This document shows, one piece after another, positions 1-12,300 of a stretch of DNA of 64,000 bases (the stretch's first letter is position 1; each line of letters opens with the position of its first letter). The DNA is from Psammoneis japonica (lineage: Eukaryota): NCBI GenBank assembly GCA_008632985.1, contig QPGO01000185.1, positions 1 to 64,000 on the forward strand, written 5' to 3'. Position numbers and translations under genes: made by a program. A model generated the notes under the pieces. It had not been told where the DNA came from, did not search any database, and was given only the letters and a program-made list of their open reading frames with translations.

Positions 1-3000
1 TGTGTCAATTCCACTGCACACAAGTTCGTGAGACATGACACACTGTTGATTGTTGTGGCTCTTGACATTGGCACCATTGAGAAAACGGTGGCTGCAGAGT
101 TGCCATGTTGAGGTGGTTTTTTGTGGTTTCTGGCTGTGGCACGCCATCGGCAAATTCGCATTGAGACTGAGTCACGCTTGTCAAGTTGGCATGGCTGTTG
201 CTTTGCACATCATGTGCCAACCATTCTCAGACCCATCACAGTCATGGAAATTGAGGTGCAATTCAGGTGTAATTTGGGGGTGTAAAAACACGCATCACAT
301 GAATTCATGCACCCCAAAATTACACTCAATTTTCTCACGACTGCAAGAGTGTGAAATTTGATGTCTGCAATTCTGTGAAAAATGACACATTCATTGAGTG
401 TGTGCTCCTCAAAAATTGTTGACAACTGAGCTGGGATGACTCCGTGTCTCCAATTGCAATCAACTCATTTGCATGCAAAGCTGAACATTCCATTGATGGC
501 ATCAAAACACCGTGGCATTTGGCGGCTCTGCTGCAACCTTGTGCATGTCAAATCATTGTTCTGACAAGTCCAGTCCACTTGCAATGATGTGATCAACATC
601 ACATGTTGCTGTTGCATCCACAGCCAAGGTTTCAGAGACCACATGACGTGTTTTTCTTCTGAAAATGGCATGAACTTGCCTTCATTTTGTTGTCCATTGA
701 TGGCATTCTCATCATTTTTCACCATTCATTTCTTTCACAAACATGTTGCAACAGTTCCCCATCAAGGAGTTCTTGCATCTCTTGCTGGTTGGAGTTTGTT
801 GTTGGTTGTTGGTTGCCATTGTTGTTCGTTGAGATTGTTGGCTGACGTTGTTGTTCGACACTCTGATGTTTGTTGCTGTCATGGACAACATTGAGTCTGT
901 TTTTGAATGAAAAATTGCAGGCACTCACAAAAAATTGCAGGCAAAAATTGCATGCCTCAGAACAGGCAATTGTTGGCTGTAATTTTTTGAGGGTGCACAC
1001 ATTCTCACACCCCAAAACCACATCCCGAATCACACCCCTTCAACACAACTGTGACGGGTTGGGCCAACAGCAAAAAAAGGGCGTTTGGCAAAAAAAATGA
1101 CTCAGCATCATGAAAATGCACACCTCATCATCACCGCTCTTTTGTAAAATCCATCATGTGGAGCTCGGAGGGAGAGGTGGGGTTTCCCAGGTTGGTCAGG
1201 GGCTCGAGCCTCATTGATCACCACAGAGCCTCCAAGGGCCGCTGTGCTGGAGACTTTGTTGATCGGGGGCCTCAATCAATGGTTGGCTTGCAGAAACCTT
1301 CCTCTGAAAACACAGAGCAGCATGCACAGGGGGGGGTGACCACCAGTCTCTGCTCTCTGGCCAGGGCCCTCTGGCCCGGTTGGAGAGAGGGCATTTCACA
1401 AATGCTGCAACACCACAGCACATCGCAGGCCCTGCTGTGCACTGCAGAATGCAAGTGCAAGCATTGTGCAGTTGCTTGCAAGGGGCAAGTCTGTGCTGTC
1501 CATTTGGTGACAGCTCCCAACTTGTTTTTGCTGCTTGTCAAAAAAGTTAGCACAAGATCGTTTCTGGGACACAATTTCACTCTGAATCTAATGGGCCACC
1601 TCCCACCTTCTGAAAATTGAGCCTTGAGTGTCTTTTGAACAGATCAACTTTTGGCAGGCACCCCAAGCAAATCTTTTTCCACCAAAATTGCTTGGCTCTT
1701 TGTGCGGTGCAATGCGCACCAACACAGCACCCAACAAAAAGACAACCAACATGGCACATCGCTGCTCTGAGTCATTGTGATGGACAGCACCCCCATGCCA
1801 CACAGGGTGATCATTGACACGACAAAGTGTGTTGTGACAGCTTGGTTTGGTTTGTTGTTGCATTGGCCTTGTTTGTTTTCATGTCTTCACTTGCTGGCCA
1901 TCACATTGGCATTTCTTGCATCATGACAGGTGCAACCGATGGTCACAAACAGAATCTGTGCTGTCATTTTTGTTGTCTGCAGGATGGAATCTGGTGGAAT
2001 GTCAAACAAGTGGGTGAGCATGCACCACAATGCTGTTGTTCTGTTGCATTGGATTGTCCCTTTTTGCACCTCACATCCCCTCAGCTGGCACTTGCTTTTT
2101 GTGCCACTGTTTTCTGGCTTTTCAGCACAAAATCAGAGTCGTTTGTGGTGTGGCATGATGGACATGAACAACAGAAAGCATGTCCATGCTTGCCTTCAAT
2201 TCCCTTGACATTTCACCTCCAGTGCTGTCAGAAATTGCAGGTGTTTCACGTTTCTTGTGCTTGTCGAATCAAAGAAAACAAGGTGATCTTCTGCTGATCT
2301 TGTTTGCACCCATTTGCAAAAGACCAGCCCTTTGCTCATTGTCCACTGAAAACATTTTTCTCTCTTGTTCACTTGCACAAGCTCACATGCACCACGCAAA
2401 GAACACATCCTGCACTGTGGTCCTCTCTCAGAGTGTCTTGACAAGGAAGTTGCAGCAAGGGAGATGTCCAGGCAGACAAGGCTCTCTTGGCCAATGAGAA
2501 CAAAAGTGTTGAGCAGAAAACTGCCAATGCAATTTAAGGGTGTTGCTGTCAACACATCTAAAACACACATTGAGCACAACAAAGCGCAACAACCGCCAGC
2601 TGAAAGTTGGCAATGTGCGTGTCTGTCATCTGTCGTGCACACACTGCTCTCTGTGCCACAGCTTGATTGAAGAATGTGCACCTTGCAGCTGTGGAAAATG
2701 CTCTTTCTCTGCAAACATGGTCTCACACATGGAAAGACCTGTTGACCAAAGAAAGGGAGGAAGAGGCTTGTGCGCAGGAAGAAGACCTTGTGAATGACAA
2801 GAAAGTGATGAGGACATTTGACCACATGCGTTGGTGCGCAGTGCAGAGGCACAAAAACATGCACCAGTGCGTGATGCATGAAATCCATTGAACAAAGAGA
2901 TGACAACACAAACTTGCTTTGAAAAAACAACAAAAGCTTGACTGCATCCATCGCTTTCACCCCCCATCCATGCTTGAAATCCAACAGCATCAAACATGTC

Positions 3001-4535
3001 AACAGCTTCCAAACATGATCTTTCAAAAGGAAGAGTGACTTCTTCAAATTGGTGTGCATCCTGCTGTTTTTGCAGTGTCACCAGCACTTGCACCTGAATC
3101 CAAGCAAAAAGCACTGCTGTGGCAGTCCACAGCCACACCATCAATGACACTCTCCATCTGCTCTGAAATGCAACAAATGAGCACAGCCAGAAAACATGTG
3201 CCAGTGTGCAGCACCAAGGCATTGCATGAAATGTGTTGAGCAACAAATGACAATGCAAGAGACAACAATGTGTCTTGCTTTAACAACAAAACAAAAGCTT
3301 GCCTGCATCTCTTCTGCCCCCCTTCCACAATTCTGAGCATGACTCACAGCTGGGGTGTCTCAAACAGTGACAACAACAGCAGCAACCATGTGAGTGCAGT
3401 CAAATCATTGCAGAAGAAAAATTGGCAATGACAGCAACCACGACATTGAAGTCAAAAATTCCACTGGAAAATGGAGGACATCACACCTGCCGTGGTGGTT
3501 CTGTGACAATGGCGAGTGCAACTGCATCATTGCAGCCATTGGCATCACTGCCATTGTGGTGTGTCGTGGGTGCATGTTGTGAACAAAATGTGTGCAGCCA
3601 CACACTGCAAAAAAAAACACTCCAATCTATTTTGGCAAACAAAGAGTTAACTTTTTCCACACCCTTGGGATAAATTTTTTTGTCCCGGCATTTTCTCCAT
3701 TCAACTCAAGTGCAGTTGTCATTTTGTTGTTGTTTTTGCATTGCATCACACATTTCTTGGTGCAAAACTGTTGCACTGTTGCTTTGAACAGAAAATGTTG
3801 ACTTTCCTCTTTTTGTCAGCAACCTCAGAAGAGTGACCCGGCTTGACACATTTCGACCTGCGGACTTTCAGCTTGGACACTTGTGAAGCAGGGTGCACAG
3901 CCCTGCTGGCAAAACCTGTGCACAATGCAAAACTTTGAACATGACCAAAGATTTTGGAAATTGTTGCCAAAAGTCACTCTTCCATGGTGCCCACATGCGC
4001 TTCCCCAGCATGCACGTGTCTGCCCATCACTTTTCTGTGCCCTGTTGCCATGGCCCTCCATTCAGATGTGTCGCCCGGGTCTGTGCAAGGCACAGATCTC
4101 TTTGCAATTGTCCAAACCACAGATCCAAAACATGTCCCAGGGCACGCAGTGCCACCAGACAAAACTGTCACGGTTGAAACAGCTCACACTTGTTTGGCAT
4201 TCTTCGCCATTGAAAATTTTGTTCAAACATGGCAATCGCGCAAAACTGCACATGGGTGCTGAAAAAGTCAATGGAATGATGGTGTTCCAAGGTGTTCGCA
4301 AAAAATTTTGCTCAAGGAGATTTTTCCATCTGATGGTGACAATGAACGGTGATGCCATCTCCTCCTCAGCTGTTTGCCTTTTAGTCTTGCAGCTTTGTTG
4401 GCGCACGCAAGACACTGTTGTGCATGCGCCGACGAAGTTTCAATGTCCAACTCCAGTCAATCACAAACCAGATGGCTTTGCCATTTTCATCTCAGAAGCT
4501 GTTGCCAAACGGACAGCACCGCACAGTAAAAAATG
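1..4535. repeat. Hypermutated repeat block 1 (TpA- and CpG-depleted decayed elements)
   Basis: About 15 TA dinucleotides in 4.5 kb by eye, few CG, strong TG/CA excess. 2440-3335 is homologous to 54120-54945 on the opposite strand. No coherent gene. Confidence 0.85.
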
Positions 4536-4682
4536 TGTAGAGTAGGGCCCTAGTAGTAGGATTCTACTACCTACGTAGGTTTCCCTGGTCACCCGGAATT
4601 GAGAAAAGCAAAAGAACTCCGGGACGGATCGATCTCTTCGCGCGTGACACTTTTGTGGCAAAACGCAATACCGTACCGTACC

Positions 4683-5607
4683 ATGGCGCGGCGACCCTCG
4701 ACGAGCGCCAACCGAAACAGAGTCTGACTTGGTGTTTTTGTTTTGAAGATAAACATAGTATCGTCACCATATGTGACGAGGTAGAGCCCGACAAGTCTTG
4801 GTTGGAAGAATATATCAAACGGATTGGAGAGGTGTTTGATCAAAAACCGGGTGTCGGAGGTCGGAGGTGGGTTGAGTCAAAAGATTTGTGATAACGTGAA
4901 AGACCTCATGCTGAATGATATTATCGCAGACATCGAGACAAGTACGTCTATCGTATCAGTCAGCATGGCACTCCAGCAGTACTGTCAGTACGACCCCGTG
5001 TGTCCTCCGATTTTAGCGAAACTATCCAGCTTGGGGCGGGAGCTCTTTGAGCCACGCGAAGAGCGCTGTCGATCTGTCGTCTATCGTGACAGAAGTGTCG
5101 AGGTCGCGTCCCGCGTAGACATATTCAGGACAACCGTTTCTTGCTTGGAGATGCACTCCGAAAATGCTCTTGTTCAGGAGGAAGGGCTTCATGCCATTTC
5201 AATGATGGCTCGTTGTGTGTTGCCCTGTCCGTCGCCAAGAATGTCTAGTTGGGACGATCGTGTCATTTGCTGCTTTGTTACCGCCATTCGTGGCGAAATT
5301 TCAGGAAGCGGCTTATATCTGTTTAGATTATCTAGCGTCGGCATGGAAACAATACGGAGATGATAGGCGTCGTTTGGGTCTCTTGTCCTTGAGCCGTAAT
5401 GGGATCATGCCTTTGCTCTTTGCCTCCCTTGAACGCCATCCTTCACAACCCATATTTGTCAAGTATGCTCTGCGTCTTTTTAATCTCATCGTTGACACGC
5501 CCAGGAATGCCATGTTGTTGGCGCATTCGGTCCAACACCCGGAGTGGCGTCAAACCGCGGAGACCGCCGCCCAAACTGCTCGTGAGAATTTTCCAGATGA
5601 TCACTAA
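4683..5607 (+). CDS. Hypothetical armadillo-like helical-repeat protein, frameshifted across three ORFs
   Basis: Overlapping ORFs 4655-4891, 4824-5363 and 5215-5607 with normal dinucleotide usage. ARM-like segments MHSENALVQEEGLHAISMM and AKFQEAAYICLDYLA. The start codon is uncertain. Confidence 0.45.
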
Positions 5608-5894
5608 CTTGAATGGCAAATAACTTTTTTTTAAGTTTTTTTGAGATGTAGAACAATGGGATAAAGATAGAAGAAATGGGATTCTGTACTAAGTTGCGGG
5701 AGTTACGGCTTGGGACTTGGGACTTGACCTCGTTCAAGAACGGAAATGCATACGAGAATCGCATGGCACTTTCATCGCTTGCCACTGTTGGATTCTGGTT
5801 GGATCGGTAAAAAAAGTCACGTTGAATGTCAGGGACCAGCATGAAGCTTGCTAGTCGTTTTTCTACATACATAGGGATACTTGCCCCACACGGC

Positions 5895-6075
5895 TCGTAC
5901 TAGTAGTCTAGATAGCTAGCTCTACTGGAGGTGCCACATTATTTGAGTATTACTCTACATAAATTACTATCTCTAGACGCTTTTCGTCCAACTTGAAACT
6001 CTTGCTACTACCAACTGTAGCTATCTCTAAGCTCTAGCTAGTACTGTAGCTCTAGCTCTAGACTACTCTATTAGA
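5895..6075. promoter_or_regulatory. TpA-rich (CTAG/TAG/TAC) low-complexity island upstream of the gene at 6317
   Basis: tactagtagtctagatagctagctctac ... gctctagctagtactgtagctctagctctagactactcta. Regulatory role inferred from position only. Confidence 0.45.
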
Positions 6076-6316
6076 GAGAGGAGAGAGCCCCTTTTGTATG
6101 AATTTTGGAAATGCGCGCATCCAACGCGCAGAAAGCTCTCCAACGCCAACCTGTGGTTGGGTGTTGGGCTGGACCGGTATGTGGGTGTTGCTGGGTCGGA
6201 TGTTGTGGGATCTCAGATCTGTGTTGATTGCGAGTAATTGAATGCTCCATAACTCGAAAGAGCGAAGAAAATACCAAATTGATCCATAAGCAGAAACCAG
6301 GTGTGTTTGTACGGTA

Positions 6317-9300
6317 TGAATTTTCAACGGGAAGACGAAAACACCTCTGCGTCCGCTTCTTCTGAGTTGTCACCCGAGAGCGACGCTTCTCTAGTATCTT
6401 CAAGAGAAGAAAATGTCTTCAGCCCTAGCCCACGTACTCCTTCACTCCCTCAATTCCTCTCCAAGAGAACTTCGTCTTCTAACTCTGACGACAGACCGGA
6501 TGTGCAACATGCTGAGTTCGACGACGACTCAGCCAGTCTGTCTCCTCAGATCCGAAATTCAACTTCACCTCTCCCTTCATTTCCTTATCCAGCAACGACT
6601 CAGTCAACAAGAGAATTAGACCAAATCATACAAGCCAGCTCTGCTTCAACCCAAAGTCCTCAGCATTCACCCATTCGCAACATGCACTCAGCAACAAGCT
6701 CTTCTCGAGAACACGTTGAAGATGCGGATTCTTCTTCGGTCGAGCCGTCACCCCATGCTGATGTAGCCATACATTATGCTCACGAATACGATTACGATGC
6801 TTCCTCGGATGAAGATATGCGCACTTCTCCTTCTGTTGATACCGAAGTAGACGACGTAGGATCACTTTCTGTTGCGACAGAAGACAGAGAGTCAGTCGTC
6901 GAGTATGAACCGCCGCCTCCGTTTGATATTTCTGCAAACGAAGGTAACCTCGTACGTCAAAAAGAAAACACCCACGCCAAACTACCCAGAACGAGAGAGA
7001 AACAGACTGTTTGTCTTCGAGCTTCTCCTTTGCTCAAGACGCTTGTTGTTTGCCCTGTAAAGAACCCACGTTCTGGTAATCTGATTGTGTGTGCAAAACA
7101 GAGGCATGGCTTTGTAATCTCCGAGTTTGACGTAAAATCGCGCGGTGCCACTGTCTCGATGCCCATTTTATCCAAGAAAGTAAAACGAAAAATGACCTCC
7201 ATGTACAAGAGCGAACCTGTCGGTGTCTCCAATGTAATTGCCATGGCAACAGGCGTTCAATGGGCTCAGCAACGAGCTCGCGTGCATGTTGCGGCTCTCG
7301 TCGATTTCGACGTGGCTTCCACCGACAAAGGGACTACTCTGTCACTGGCAAAGCGGATGCTTGTAGTTTGGCAGTGGGGACATGGCGTGAATCAGGAGGA
7401 TACCGCGCTGCTATCCATCATTGAGCCACCACAAACTGATTCTGGGTTTCGCTACAACGCGTCTTCTTTGCTGACTGCGGATGGCCTTTGTTTCTTCTCC
7501 GGGCAGGATCGAAATGGACTTCCTCGTGTTCTAGTTTCCTCAGCAGTCAAAGCATCTTGGTTATCAACGAACGTGGGAGCTTCTGCAAGCACAATCACGT
7601 CTATGGCTGTTACGTCCGCCAAAGAACCTTACCTCGCCGTTGCTTTATCCAACAATTCTGTTAGAGTGTGGAACTATGCATCCGCAAAGAATGGAATGAA
7701 CATGAGCAGTGTTAAAGGAGAGTTTCTATCGCTTGCCTTTGTTTTAAAAGCCACTCCGGTTGAACTTCGAACAACCGAGTCCGGAGATGTGGAGTCGAAA
7801 CAAGTCGCTGATAGTACGTGATTGGGCTGTTCCCATAAGTTGCTGCCGCTGGTTTGAAAGTCGCTCAAGCTTTTGTTTCTAACTGTTGTCATCTCGTTCA
7901 GGTAATTGCACGTATATGGAGTGGTCTGCTCCTTTTGTAGCAGACGACACACCGTTTCTACTGCTTGCACTGGTGTTCTCGGATAGCGTGGCCGCCTTTT
8001 GCGTTCCGCTTCCTTCCGAAAATGGGAAGCATTCTTCGTTGGATTCCTTTGCAGTTGGGAGGCTCTACCGTTCTGGAGGACCCAGGAATGCTGTTACGTG
8101 GCTAAATCTCGGGCCGCATTGCAGTCCATGTCTTGGCGTTCTGTGTGCTGCTTCGAAGGAAAGTGTTAGCTCTAGCGTTCTTCTTTTATCGATTGATCTC
8201 CCTACAGGCGATGAGTCAATTGTGAGCACCGACGAAATTCGTGTGGTGTGTGAGACGCCGCTTCCTCAGCCATCATGCGAAGAGAACGATAGAGTTGGGC
8301 TCGTCGGACTCGACTCCGTTGGATGCATTGCATGTTGCTGTGGCAGTCGATTGGATAGCTATTCTCCCAGGCTGATGTCTACTGATCTTGCCTTGGAAGA
8401 CCCCTACTTTTTATCAATGCGACAGCTTGTTATCTCGGAACCCCAGGGACTGGATTCATTTGGTTCAAAGACCGCGGATAGCTGCTTTGATGATGTTTTG
8501 CTTGTTTCGACAACGTTGCATTTTGCTTCTGTGGGGAAATCAGGCATTCCAACACTTAGACATTTGTTGTACCGAATCTATGTTGAAGAAGCTAGTCAAG
8601 CAGCAACGACATCACCAAATAAAGATAACCTCGACACTACCGACGGCGAGAATCTAAAGGGAGGACTTCCTTATTTTCTGTGCGAACTGAAATATGAAGG
8701 CGCCAGCATGCAGTCTGCTATCCAACCTCATCGAATAAGAAGATGTAGGGGAAGTGGCGACTGCGCGGTACTCTTTACCGCTGCTATTGGAGATGAAGAC
8801 CTATCGTTGAACTCCTCCATGCTCATTTTGCTTGACACGGACGCCGCCAACAAAAGTTCACCCATTTTGTATCAATGTGCTGGTAGAGACGTGGCATTGT
8901 TATCCAAGGGACCTGGCGACTTTGCAAGAGCTGTGATTCTTAGCAATGATGGCGCATCTGTTAATCTTTTGACTCGGGATGTCAGGGGCGAAGGAGTATG
9001 GGAAGAAATTTTGTGTTCGCGTTCCCTATTTTCTAGTAATGATGACGACTGCGAGGGTCGACGTCTCTTCGTTGTTTCGTCGGGATCACGAGTCAGCCTG
9101 GTAGTCGTTGGCTTCAGCTCCCGCGATAATAAAGTGTTCGTGTCCCGCGGCCCATTCCTTAACCCTGAAGAATCACCGGATTGGTTGTCAAAGATGTTGC
9201 CCATCTCCGATGTTCGCCAGACACTTTTGTTGGAACCCGGAGAACACGTAGTTACAGTTCGACAATTGCCGGACGATGGTGTCTCACGCTGCTGCATTGC

Positions 9301-12300
9301 CATTGCGACTCAGCAAAGAGTCATAATCGCAGACTTGGGTGATCTTGACATCCTCATGGAGGCTCCCGCGAGGGTTACTTCGTGTTCGCTGACTCCTATC
9401 GGCTCTCACACTGTGGCTTACTGCTCTGATGATTCGAGAGTTTATTACCTTTCTTGCTTGGGTGGAAAATTCGCTGGAGGTGCCCTTGCCACACTGCAGC
9501 CTCAAACATTTTGTGGCGCTCCCTGTTCTCTCCTCGCATTGCGACCTGACCGCATTTTGTATGTTTCGGACGAAGTGCAATCGGGCTTTTCGTTTCCTGT
9601 CGGAAAAACAAAGCCCGCGCTAATGTTGGAGCCACTAGTCGCTAACGCACTTTGCACGAAAGCCGAGCATTATCAACATACTGAGAGACTCGTGCACGTG
9701 GCAACAGAGAAATTTGGGCGCAAGTTACTGTCGCTGGCTCATGAAACGGGGGGTACCGGAAACTTGGGCGCTGGAGTTACCCCCGTCGTTTTAGAGATGC
9801 TTTCGTCGTATGGCTTCAAGGGAGCGGGTTCGTGGCTGCTCACCGGTAGCCCTCGATTGGAACGAACGTCGAACCCAAAAATCGTGCCTTGTTGGGCTTC
9901 AATGCAGTCAAAAGCACTCGTAGCTCAAAACAGTGACGCAATTCTGCACTTCTTGGCAAATGGAGATCCTTATTTGTCGGAATATGTTAATTCGCCTGAT
10001 CATAATATGGTTTCAAGCTTGCCACGAGATAGCGATCCATCTGCACAATATGCTAGTGAGTTTGCTCGCCAAGCAATGAAAGAAGGGAGCATTGGAGACG
10101 CCATCAAAATATCGGATTTCACGGGTTTTGAGTCGTCAGAGAGGGATCTTCTTATACTGTCGCTAGCTCTGGGTCTAGATCCATTTTCAGATACTGAAGA
10201 ACTGTTGAGATCATTACGTAAAAGCACGGAGTCTGGCGCAACAAGTTCGATTTCTGGTCTAGTTCTCGATGCAAAGATAAGACGTTCGGAAAACAGAGAG
10301 CCAACCAGATTAGATGAGGGCAAATTTGATGAGAAGGATATGAAGCATCTCGCACCATCCGTCCAGCGCAGCTGCGACCTTCAACGTTCAAGACCTCGTC
10401 TAATTGGCGAGAGAGCCTCCCGTCTAGCTGTTACCGGTCAGAACGATAGTTCCAACAGCGAGGCTCCTCTTTGGAATAGTTTGTTCAACGAGTCGCATCA
10501 CATCTGGTAAGAACACTCTACTGTGACAATCGAAAGTCGATTAGGTTTCCAGCTCAACTTCGCAACCTCGTTGATAACAGGAACGAAGGCCCGTCTGAAA
10601 AACGAGAAAACTTGCTTGCCCTCGATCGGATAGAGGATTGGTTGGGGCGTAGGCAACCCACCCTTCTTGGTGAGGAAGGTTCGACGGGAGCATTTGAACG
10701 TGGCGAGAAAAGATTAGCATACATCTCGCAAAAGACGATGATTCCTTAGACGACAAAGTGATACGTCCCATACGCAACGATTGGGATGGGTAAACGGCGT
10801 TGGTGAAGGGCGCTTGGATGAAGACAACCTTTCTGCCTATTTTCGCATGTCTGAAGGCGGAGGTAAGTTACCGTGTTTTTGCTGGACAAGGTATTCTGAG
10901 AACACCTCTGACTGAACTCTTATTTTCTTAAACTCTATGCAGAGGAAGAGCGGACTGGCGAGCCAACGGTTTATCGGATTTGACAACGTTTCAACACAAG
11001 GGTTTGCTTGTTGGCATGACCGACTTGGTATCCTTGCAGCCCACATCGTCGAGCGTTGATGATGGGGAGGATGGAAAGGCGAAGCGTCTCTATGACCTTG
11101 TATTTGAGAAAGATTGTGACGGCTTAAGCCCTGCTGGGCTTGTCATTGAGGTATCGCGTGGCGGAAGCCTGGATGTTGGAATCCTACATGAGCTTGATCG
11201 CTCTTGGCGGAAGAAATGTTCGATTGAGTTCTGGTATCATCTCCCTGTCCGAGAAAAAGTGTCAACTGACATTGTCCTTGCCAGAAGGTCCGTTAGTTCC
11301 CCTGAGGAGGATTTGTCAGCCTGTTGCATCGCTGCAGAGAGAGATCGACTCCTCTGGGAACTGGTTGTCCTTCCGTCAGGGGAATTAGAATTCAAGAGTA
11401 ATTCCGGTTCTTCTCTACTGTCTACATCGGAAAGCTCGAACACCGATACTACTCATGAGTTCTCGGGTGATTCGAAGGAAGACTATTCAACCAGAGGACT
11501 TGTTTCGTGGCAGCAAGAAGGCGGCTCCGGAGGTTGGAATCATGTATGTCTTGCCTTTTCTTCTCAACAACACTCTGATCCAAGCACGTGTACGGTCTCA
11601 GTTATGATGAACGGATCAAAAGTGGTATCTGGCGTAGTCTCAATACTGCCCCCGGGAACCAGCGATGACAGCACAATCGATGTTGCTATGGAAAGGACGG
11701 CACTGGCATTTTGCATTAATCCGGTCTCCGGTCTTCGAATTACAGAGGTCCGAGTTTGGAGCTGTGAAAGGAGCGAAGATGACTGCAAGATGATGATGTT
11801 TGAGTATCTACGAGAAGCAGAAACAAAGAGAAAACTCAAGGTGAGGATTCGGAATAAACAAAAGGTTTTGTCTGCGGAAGAATCAAAGATCAGGTCGTTG
11901 GGTGGTTTGCTGGCCCCTCCTCCGAGAGAGGGGGTTCAGGCATCTCGAAGAAGGATTCGCAGTGAAATGGAAGAAACCCAAGAACATAGTATCCCACTCC
12001 CTAGTATGCAAGCCATGTCCGGAGCAGAAAAAAGTAGCGAAACTAGGGATGACAGAGTGACACCGTCCGATGATGGTACCTTTCAAGCGATTACTTTAAC
12101 AATTTCGCGAGATTCAGCTGGCGAAGACACCGCGGGAACTACAGTTGAATCAGCCGCCGCTCCTGCAGCGACTGATCATTATTTGTTGTCCCCAGTTGCC
12201 CAGTCTTCAACATCACGGTCCTCCTCCCTCAGACTCTCGGATGTTGTTCGACGTTCCGCTGCTGCGGCTCTAATTCGTGGCCCTCCTGCTACTCGCCATT

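Noticed and set aside
3603..3617. CACTGCAAAAAAAAA as a mutated CACTA/EnSpm terminal inverted repeat
   Set aside because: No convincing partner repeat, target-site duplication or transposase could be tied to it.
1..4545. Many 60-290 aa ORFs in block 1, and likewise in blocks 2 and 3, as protein-coding genes
   Set aside because: They overlap in all frames, lack Tyr and are Cys/His-rich. Loss of TAA/TAG stops explains them.
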